A stretch of 60,126 nucleotides of DNA, filler included, from Squatina squatina (lineage: Eukaryota), in NCBI GenBank assembly GCA_031763465.1. It is 4 parts of 4 records of this genome, joined end to end, with 100 filler letters (N's around TTAATTAATTAA, not from the genome) between each part and the next. Parts side by side here need not be neighbours in the genome. Positions count along the whole stretch, not along the records: positions 45,985 to 60,126 come from JARFOE010000189.1; 3 more parts are not named here. The stretch is one strand, 5' to 3'. The notes below the pieces were generated by a model. That model made no database searches and was not told where the DNA came from. It saw only the letters and a list, made by a program, of their open reading frames with translations. A program made the position numbers and the translations under genes. This document shows, one piece after another, positions 50,825 to 60,126 of the stretch (positions are counted from its first letter, which is position 1; each line of letters starts with the position of its first letter).

Positions 50825-51950
50825 AAAGGGTGTTCTCTGGGCAAGAGTTGGGCAAATAGCCCAATTCTCCGCCCAGGGAGAGCTCTTTTTGCAGTGGAGG
50901 CCGTGGATCTGTCAATCCTTGACAGACAGAAGTTCCGGGTTTATGGGCACGTGCAGTACAGCCCTAAACCTGGACCTTGTGGGGCGTCTCCGGGCACATG
51001 AGCGCTGCACACGCCCCCGAGGGTACGGAATTTCTGCCCCATTGTGTTTAGTCAAACTAAATATCACGCATGGGGAAGTGATACAGCTCATGACCATTTC
51101 TGCTGTGATATTTCCATGCCTACTTCCAATATCTGGCGACGAGAAGGACTTGTTGAACGTTTTTAACTTACCAGTTCTAGAGCACAATTGCAACGTTGCA
51201 TATGGGCAGGGAGACCTGTGCAGATAAGGAGTGGGATAAATCTGACTGATTCTCATGCTGGTGGACTCCGTATGGAATCGAATAACGCTTGGCGTACTGA
51301 GCCCTGTTCTGGTTTTCATATTAATGGCACAATGTTTTTAGTCCGAGTCTTGCGCCACCGGGCCTTGACCAGTTGGCCAGCGTAGAGGCCCACGTATCCC
51401 AGGGACACCCGCGGTTCGTAAGCACTCCTGGGATCACGTGGGCCCGCCCAAGCAATAAAGGAAGGGGTAATCCCCATTCATACTCATGGGGTTTCCGTTT
51501 GTACGCAACTCCTATAAAAATGTAAATTTAAACTCACTTAAAAATACACTAAAACATGAATTAAAAAGAAAATGACAGATTTAAAATTAATTAAAATGCC
51601 ATTTAATTAACTGTTTTAATGAAAAATTTAATTGTTTGAAAAAAATAATGTTAACCGGGCTAAAAATAAACTTACCTTAAAGGACAGGTTTTTAAGGTAT
51701 AAATGAGTGGTAACATTTTATTTTTCTATTTTTTAGAACTCTTACACTGCAGGCATATCACCCAACTCTCCTCCTGCAGAGGCCCTTCTCTTTCGGACGC
51801 ATGCGATTGGTCAAGAGGATTCTCGGTCGATCGCAAGTCCCAGATTTCAGCACATGCGCAGTGCCTGCCTGATCATGGAACCTGTGGGGTCTCTTTTGGG
51901 CTCGTGCTCACTCTTCGTACCCACGTGTAGGTGCCACAAATTCTGCCCCA
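50825..51950. mobile_element. Cluster of MITE-like elements with CCCC/GGGG-terminated ends
   Basis: Related segments at about 50900-51040 and 51770-51950 both end aatt(t)ctgcccca. An AT-rich core at 51510-51740 sits between GC-rich arms. Confidence 0.5.
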
Positions 51951-51954
51951 TTAT

Positions 51955-52529
51955 AAAAAAATGATAGAGAGGTATTGGGGAAATTTCGAAAAAGATTTAC
52001 AAGGGTGAAAGCAGAATTGAGAAATTATACCTATCAGGACATGTCGAGCAGGCTGATGCACTTCTCTCCACAAAAGACCAGGCTGAGGTGGGACAAGATA
52101 GAGCTCTTTAAGGTTCTTGAAAGGGGTCGGCCAATTAGGACAGAGATGAGGAGATATTTCTTCACTCAGTGGGTGTTGAATCTTTGGAGTTCTCCACCCA
52201 GAGAGCTGTGGTGGCTCAGTCTTTGAGTATATTCAAGACAGAGATCGATACATTTTCAAGAACTACGGGAATTAAGGGATATGGGGATAGTACAGGAAGG
52301 TGGAGATGAGGTAGAAGATCAGCCATGATCTCGGTCAACGGCGGAGCAGGATGGCAGGGGCGGAACGCCCTACTCCTCCTCCTATTTCTTATATTCGTAT
52401 CTTGAAGGGTTTGAAAGATTACTTGTAGAGAAGCTGTTCACAGTCGTGGGGGAGACCAGAATTAGGGGCTATACATATAATACAATCAATAATGGATTCA
52501 ATAGGGAATGCAGGAAAACACCTTCATGC
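51955..52529 (+). mobile_element. Nested CR1 LINE 3' fragments
   Basis: KRFTRVKAELRNYTYQD..RL and TEMRRYFFTQWVLNLWSSPP. The tail cctactcctcctcctatttcttat ends at about 52395. Confidence 0.8.
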
Positions 52530-53535
52530 NNNNNNNNNNNNNNNNNNNNNNNNNNNNNNNNNNNNNNNNNNNNNNNNNNNNNNNNNNNNNNNNNNNNNNN
52601 NNNNNNNNNNNNNNNNNNNNNNNNNNNNNTCTGTATGTACTGGACTGTAATCTGTGTTGGCTAGTGTTTTTTTTAAAAAAACTCTCACCATGGTGTCTCA
52701 CAATTAAGTACTTTTCTAGTAGTTACTTTTTAAAGGTGAACGGAACTGAAATAAGCTAATCTTTATTGTTGGAAAAACAACCTATTGACAGTTTTGTCAC
52801 AGTTGAGGTTGAATGGGATAATTTCTCTTTCGTTAACAGACAAAAAATAATGACTTTTAAGCAAAAACGCAAGAAAAATACTGCCCTCTAAGCATTGTTG
52901 CAGTGTTTGCACTTAAAATTGCTTAAATCTGCCAGTTTGATTTTGTTAATATTTAAAATAAATTATATAATATAAAAAACATACTGGTTTGATTTTTTTG
53001 ATAGTTGCTGAATTACAACAGAGACTCTGTTCCTTTAAAAGCTCTGCGCAAAACCAAGACAAGGTTAGATTGATTCTCAAAATTCACCAGATCTCCAGAC
53101 TTTCTGTCTGCACCCACTGATTGTACTACAGTACTGTAAAGTCTTGGTTAAGTGAAAACAGCTGGATTGTATTTGTGTTCAGTGCAGAGTGGTGTATAAT
53201 TGCAGGCTTCAGCAGGTAAAATAAATTCTTTAGGAACCAGAAATTTGAATCCTGTGGGACCAAAAAAAGAAAGTGATATCCATTGAAATCTGAAAGTTTC
53301 TGCTATCAGTGGTTTGAAGCTGACTTGGTGACCCAGACTTGGAAATTGTAGACTTAAAAGAAATAACATTATATAGTGTCTTTCCTGTTCTCAGGGCATC
53401 CCGTAGTGCTTCACAGTACTTTTGAAATGTAGTCANNNNNNNNNNNNNNNNNNNNNNNNNNNNNNNNNNNNNNNNNNNNNNNNNNNNNNNNNNNNNNNNN
53501 NNNNNNNNNNNNNNNNNNNNNNNNNNNNNNNNNNN

Positions 53536-53680
53536 ATTGACCTGGTCTCCCGCTCGCTGTCGCTCCTCCTGCTCCGCTCCGCCGCCGAGTGTGAGGCCTC
53601 TCTGCAGGCCTCGCGCTCTATTTACCTGGTCTCCCGCTCGCTGTCGCTCCTCCTCCTCTGCTCCGCCGCCGAGTGTGAAC
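53536..53680. repeat. Tandem duplication of a GC-rich unit (about 85-nt period), probably a LINE 5' UTR
   Basis: acctggtctcccgctcgctgtcgctcctcct...ctccgccgccgagtgtga occurs twice. Confidence 0.7.
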
Positions 53681-53902
53681 TAATGGGGCAAAGGGAGGGT
53701 ACTCCTATACTGCCCATGTGAAGTGGCTTATAGAGGCACCAGAGTAGTTGGATGAAACCTTGTGTGTAATGTTTATCTTACGGATGCTAGTACAGGTTTA
53801 GCATTACTAAAAGAGCTAGCCAAGTGTCACATGTTTTGCTATTTTTGATTTCTGTAATCAAATGAAACCTGCTGTATTGATTTTCTGTTTAATTTTCCCT
53901 AG

Positions 53903-54067
53903 GTATATGTGGAATTTGATGACCTAGAATGGGAAAAACGTGAGTGGGTTAAAGTTTATGAAGATTTCCAGATTTTCTTGGTGGAGCACCAGCTGGTCTG
54001 GGCTAAGAGAAAGAGCCCCAGCCAGTCTCAGGGATCAAAGAATAAGCAGATTCAGTGGCCTGCTTTG
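53903..54067 (+). CDS. JMJD1C: Jumonji domain-containing 1C, early coding exon (165 nt)
   Basis: VYVEFDDLEWEKREWVKVYEDFQIFLVEHQLVWAKRKSPSQSQGSKNKQIQWPAL. ccctag acceptor, TTG|GTGAGT donor. Confidence 0.93.
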
Positions 54068-54932
54068 GTGAGTAAAACAGTTCACACACAGCTTAAAAAA
54101 TTGTCTATCTCTATATCTGCAATTCAATTTCTGTTCCATCTTTAAATGTTCCTTTTTGTTTCCCTCCAAATAACTTTTCTATAATTATCAGTAGTCTTCA
54201 TTGCTCTGATTTAAAAAAAAAATCTTTTGAAATAATTTGGCTCAGCCTTTTGGTTGTTTTGACCTCTATATTCTGTAACTGTACTCTTGATCTTGATTTT
54301 CTTCCCCCTCATATGGAAAGATTTCCTGTGCACATCCCTAAAGGCAGTCTTAAAAATAGCGTTGTTATTTTTTCTTCTGGTTCTGTTTCCCAGTTCTTCT
54401 TCCCAAGACTGTCGTCATAATTCCAAAGTTTGATCCAGACAAAGCAGCAAAATGGAAATATCTATCATTTTGTTTCCAAAGTTGCTAATTTACAGTATTC
54501 TGCACTATACATGAAGTCGTGAAGCAATAGCAATTAAAGAGAGGTACAAAATGAGCAATTACAATCTTGAATGTAAAACCTCTTTGCCGATTGTTTTCTG
54601 TATTTAAAGATAACTCAAATACAAACTCGGTAACAGTATTGCTTATTTGAGCACTGTAGGCTGTTGAAGTGGACCATACATCAAAGAAAAATTGAGTCTT
54701 TCTCTTCATTCACTGAACTAAAACTGTTTCAACTGTCAGTTTCACTCTTTCACTTCCTTTTTATCTCTGGTTTCCAAAACCGTGAGCTCAGCAAGCATGA
54801 CATTTTATGTTCACAAAAGGTTATTAATAATTTCCACAGCATGTAATGGCTTTTGCATTTTATATAGAAAATGTTCATTTCATAACTGGATAACTGGCTC
54901 CAGGATTATTCTGTAAGCGAAAGTGAAGTTTG

Positions 54933-55180
54933 TTGAGGAATAAATGTTGGCCAGGACACTGGGAGAACTCGCCTCCTGCTCTGCGAACAGTGCCGTGGAA
55001 TTTTGCCTGCCTGAGAGGGAGACAGCCCTTCAGTTTAATGTCTCATCCGAAAGACGGCACTTCCAACATTAATACGGTACAAAAGTGGCAGCCTAGATTA
55101 TGTACTTGAGACACTGGAGTAATGGTTCAACCCACAACTTTCTGACGGAGGTGAAAGTGCTACCACTGAGCCAAGCCCGA
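54933..55180 (-). mobile_element. tRNA-derived Deu-domain SINE (SacSINE1-like)
   Basis: The minus strand has A box TGGCTCAGTGG, B box GGTTGAACC and a Deu-like core gtgccgtctttcggatgagacattaaac. Confidence 0.75.
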
Positions 55181-58100
55181 TGCCTTGACCAGGGAAATCA
55201 TAGTCAGTGGATGGGCTCAGGAATTGCTGGTAGAATTTATTGTGAACAGATTTAAAGTTCTGCATACTGGTACATGAAACATGAGTACACATTGAAGTGT
55301 CCATTTCTGAGAGGGACACAGCAAAAAATGTGGGTTTGATTATCAGTTGGTTATTGATATTATCCAGTCATTGTGATTATTTGCAAAATTAATCAAATAC
55401 TGGGATGCATTTTGAGAACATGAACAGGTAGATTTAACTCTGAATAACTCATTGCTATGATTATATTTAGAATATTTTGTGACATTTTGGGCACCTTCAA
55501 AAGGACATTGATGCATTGGTGAGAATTTGGAGAAAAGTGAGGATAATTCCCGCCCCCACCCCAATTTTTCTCTCTCTATTCTTAAAACATAGGTTTGTGC
55601 TGAGTTATAGTCCGATANNNNNNNNNNTCTTTGGTAGCTCAACCAAGGAGCTGTTCTTCACGTGTGAACCCACACAGTGGGTGTCAGCATGCCACTCAGC
55701 AATGGTGGGCATCACAACTGAAGTCAGTCCTGACCTTGCCCAATGTCCATACATGTACCTGAACTCAGGGGTCACAGGATAGCATGAGGAACAAAACCCA
55801 GGCTAGTTCTTTTCCTTTCTTTCCTTCCAAATTGATGGGCATGCTCGACATTTGTAATGNNNNNNNNNNNNNNNNNNNNNNNNNNNNNNNNNNNNNNNNN
55901 NNNNNNNNNNNNNNNNNNNNNNNNNNNNNNNNNNNNNNNNNNNNNNNNNNNNNNNNNNNATGATAAGTAACAGACTGTTTTAACTGGTCAGTGATATTGT
56001 GACATGAGGGCATAAATTTTGAGATGATTACAAAAGGAACTCAAGGGTGGTTAGAAAAACATTTCTTCAGAGGATGGTTAAAAATAGACTTCTCTCGCAC
56101 AAAATATTAAAGTAGTCTGTAAATTCTTTCAGTTGGGAATTACACTGGGGCCCCGCTATAGCATGGAATTCAATATAACGTGGGTCTGTCTTGGACCCCA
56201 AAATTCTGCACGTTTGAAAGGACCTCTGGAATAATTAGGTTCGTGTTTCAAATCGGTAAGTAACTGTACAGTGAACAACCCTTTGCTATTTATTTTCTCC
56301 AAAGGACCTCGCTATAACATGATCTAGCACGAAAGACCCCATGGACCGCGGGGTCCCAGTGTTGCTTGAAAAAGAGGAATATTCAAGGATACAGGGAGTG
56401 AAGAGGAGAATGGGTTTTAGCTCGGTGGCTCATGTTTAGAAAAACACCACCACATGAGCTGAATTGTTTGGTTTATTTCTGTGCTGTAGCACTCCATAAT
56501 TCTCTGACAGTCGGTGCAAGGAAGGAAGGATGCTTCTATACCTTGGTAATTAGTCTTGTATATTAATAAGCATATTGGGCACTGGACAGAATCCATGTTC
56601 GTGAATGGTGCTTAATGATGTCATAAAGGAGCAGTTCCACCCAAAATGTTGACTTGATGTAGTTGGCCTTGTTGAAGCATGATACAGGGTATACAGCTCG
56701 TGTGTCTTACAGGTTTTGTATGGCTGTGTGTGTCAAGGTGCTGTGCACTGGCTCCCTTTGGCATCGATGCACTGCTCTGGCTGCAAATATGTGTATACCC
56801 TTTATGCACCACAGAAACATTTTTGGGTTCTTGTGTCTTGTGCACATCAGTAAGGTGCCATAAGTGTTGCACCGTAATAAGGTATGTCACATTAAAAAAA
56901 AGTGTATGTAGAGTGGAATGCCTTAAAAGCTGTGAGTGTCTCTTCTCGTCAAAAAAATTAAGTTAATCATACTGTTTCATTCAAATTTCCAAATGTCAAT
57001 AAACAAGTCAGAAACGCCACTGTCGGTAAGGAATTAGCAACCCACACACAATTAGCGAATCAAGTTGTTTAAATATTTTTTTTCCTACATTGTTTAGATG
57101 GTCATGGACTGCACAGCGAAAAATAGAATATATAACTTATATAAAAACTAAAAAAAAATTAAAATTTAAACAAAATTGCCCAGGTCCTGTTGGAAATCTG
57201 TCCAATGAGATTTGTTGACCATGGTGTACTGTCACTTGGATGCTTGAACCTGGAATTTCTCTGCATTCCTGGAGTTCATTGACTTCAGCTGGGCTTTGCC
57301 TACTGAAACTTTGTAAATCTCTGCACATTCATGACCTTGCAGTCCTTTCCAAATGCGTGACCTCCGACCTCCAGATCATAAGTAATTACATAACGTGTTA
57401 TCTGTTTATTGTATACAAATTTCAGTATGTGTGGTACACAGTTTATTGTAAAGAGTAAGTGCCTGCAGCATCTGCTGCTCCTGCAGTTGGTGCTGTGAAA
57501 GTTATTTTCAGTATTAAAGGTGTTGAGCTTCCCCATCACCGCCTGTATCTCTCTCGATATCTGTGACTGCACAATCTGGCAGCTGAATTCCCTCAAATCA
57601 ATTGATGATTTTTGAAAATATTTTGAGCTGCTATTTTTTCTCTACCTGAAATTTCTCCTGTCCAGAAAAAAGTTTTAAACTTAAAAAAAAAGATAAATCT
57701 AAAGCTTAGATATTTTACAATGGCACGATGAAACCTATCCATTGAATTCTCACTTGAATATTTTCATTCCTTCATTAAAGTTTTTACATATAATGTACAG
57801 CACAGAAATAAACCATTTGACCNNNNNNNNNNNNNNNNNNNNNNNNNNNNNNNNNNNNNNNNNNNNNNNNNNNNNNNNNNNNNNNNNNNNNNNNNNNNNN
57901 NNNNNNNNNNNNNNNNNNNNNNCAAAAATATGCTCGGCGAGGCTGATTTATTTAACACGGCGCCGATGGCCCCACACACAACAGAACGCACACTGTTCAA
58001 ATGCAGAATTCTTAATGAAATGCTAAATGAAGTCAAAGAAGTGAACATTTTTAATACGGGAGAACTTATTAGATATAACAAAAGATGGAAGTACAATTTT

Positions 58101-59984
58101 CGATACCAGCTTCAATTATTGAAGCGTAACCTCGATTTCTTGCATGTGCTGACTGGGTGGGCAGCTGGACGTGACATTCCAACATGTCTGCATAATGAGA
58201 AGGGATTCCTGTGACGAGGCTTGTTGCTGAAGTTGCGATACCTTTTATAATTTTTATCGTCCAAGAATACTTTTTACCCGCATTAATAACCACTACACAA
58301 TAAATAAAGTTGTAACTTAGTCGTTTTATAGGGTTATATTTGGTCAGTAAAAGTGTGAATGTTTTTGTGCAATGAAAAGTTGTTTAGTGAATAGGTATTT
58401 CATAAGTTTTGGTGCTCTTCAGACATGTCTAATTGACTGCAACAGTTGACATATATTTAACATAAAATTGCAATATTTATTTAACCTTCTAAGTAACTTT
58501 AACACTAAATGTCACTTGGCTGAGCCATCTGATTTTAAAAATTAAGTTCTTTTCAGTAAGAACTCATCTGTTTTGCTGTTTTCATGTGAATGAAATGTGG
58601 TACCACACCAAGCCCAAAACAGGATACAGTTGTTGCAGATTTTTCCGTAGTCAAAGTATCATTTAGGCTACAAAGAATGCAGAAGTCTTGCAAATCTGAG
58701 TATGTGGCTGGTTTAACATTATAGTACAGAGATGCATTCTGGGTAGGGCTCCATTAAGATCTTATTTATTAATAGAACTGTGTGCAGGCAGGTTCAAACT
58801 CGTCCTAGTTGTTAAACTATTAGCAGCTGTGTTGGCTTCATGTATTTATAGGTTGGAAACATTTTCTTTGTCGTTTTACTGATAGCCACCTTTACGGTGT
58901 TTCTGTATAGTAGTTACTGTTTAATCTCACTGTGCATTGTACAACCAGAACTGTGCACCATTTTGACCTTTGTCAGATGGCAGCCTTTCCCTTCGACCAT
59001 TGGCAAATCTGTTGAGTGGTGGAGTTGCACAGACATTGGATAACTTAACTATGCTTGAATTCAATCAGCATTTCTTCACATGCTATTACACTCCCTTGTG
59101 GAAATATTTACTATAGAATTGATGTGGAACTCCGAATACTATCACACAGGTTTTTTTGAGCATACACCCTGCTGAAGTATGGTTATCTGATGGCGTAGAC
59201 AGCTGTGACGGATTTAGTGTAGCAGAGGATACAGTTATGACAGTGCATCTGATTGTGGTGCAGCACATGATGACTCCTCATCTTGCCTGTGCGTTATGAA
59301 GATTAATCATTTTACCTTGAGTTAAAATCTAAATGCAGGTAGAATATTTGCAGTTTAAACCCCTTTGATGACGTCCAAGCTCTCTACCTAACTCAGCTCA
59401 TAAATATGGTACCCAATATTGAGGTGAAGCACTGAGTCAAGGCCCAGGTGCAGTTCCCATGTTTGTGCTGCGTTGGTTGGTCTTTGCCAGGTTTGCAGTA
59501 AGGGTACAACAACTGGCCTTAAGATTTCTGGTCCAGGAGGGGGGATATAATTTCAGCTACCCCAACTGAATGTTAACCACTGACTTCTGGTGGAAAGTAT
59601 GGATATGTGGACAGGATAGTTTGGGCGCGAGTCCCCCAAGCACTGGCACAATCATCACTCCAAATAGGTGAGATGGTCCTGACCAACATTTAGCAGAATC
59701 ATCTCTCTTGCATCCACCCCCACCCCCAAAATAATTTTACATACACTTACATTTCAGTCGTAGCAATGAGCCGTGATGTGAATCATCCCGATATTGCTGC
59801 AGGGATCTACTTGGGTTTATGTGCAGCTGTTAGACACCATTAACCAAGCTGTCGTCTCAAAAGTGTTATGATTTTGCAGGCATATCTCTAATGGCGTGTG
59901 AAGGTACTATAAATATGTACGCTTAATTAAATTTGTTACACACCACAGGAACTCAAAACAATTGATGCTTATGAAAATAGTTTA

Positions 59985-60126
59985 ACCCTTTGAAGATATT
60001 TACGGTGATTGGCAAAAGAACCAGAGGGGAGATGAGAATTCTTTTTTTACACAGCGAGTTGTTATGACCTGGAACGCGCTGCCTGAAAGTGTGATGGAAG
60101 CAGACTCAACATTAAATCTGAAAAGT
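59985..60126 (+). mobile_element. CR1 LINE 3' fragment
   Basis: FFTQRVVMTWNALPESVMEADS. Confidence 0.8.

Noticed and set aside
50912-51319. Endogenous viral ORF
   Set aside because: No viral motif is recognisable, and it overlaps MITE-like repeats.

Overview
Vertebrate genomic DNA, probably from a cartilaginous fish (inferred from Deu-type SINEs, abundant CR1/L2 LINE tails and divergent vertebrate orthologues). It is not one locus: three artificial N44-TTAATTAATTAA-N44 linkers join four gappy scaffolds. Scaffold 1 (1-13977) has an ENOPH1 exon (-), most of HNRNPDL (+), decayed Harbinger transposons around a spliced, dead copy of the HNRNPDL 3' coding end, and the probable HNRNPD promoter and start. 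Scaffold 2 (14078-28564) has a 28-bp tandem array, LINE/SINE/MITE debris and a divergent multi-exon ninjurin gene whose core exon the ORF track translates in the wrong frame. Scaffold 3 (28665-45884) is the TRIP12(-)/FBXO36(+)/SLC16A14(-) block: SLC16A14 is disabled by several lesions including an exonic retroelement insertion, and an intronless type-2 odorant-receptor-like GPCR follows. Scaffold 4 (45985-60126) is mostly intronic and repetitive, with one JMJD1C exon. The best novelty candidates are the atypical ninjurin, the SLC16A14 loss and the HNRNPDL processed fragment. Gene names come from hand translation and recalled orthologue sequences; no database search was run.
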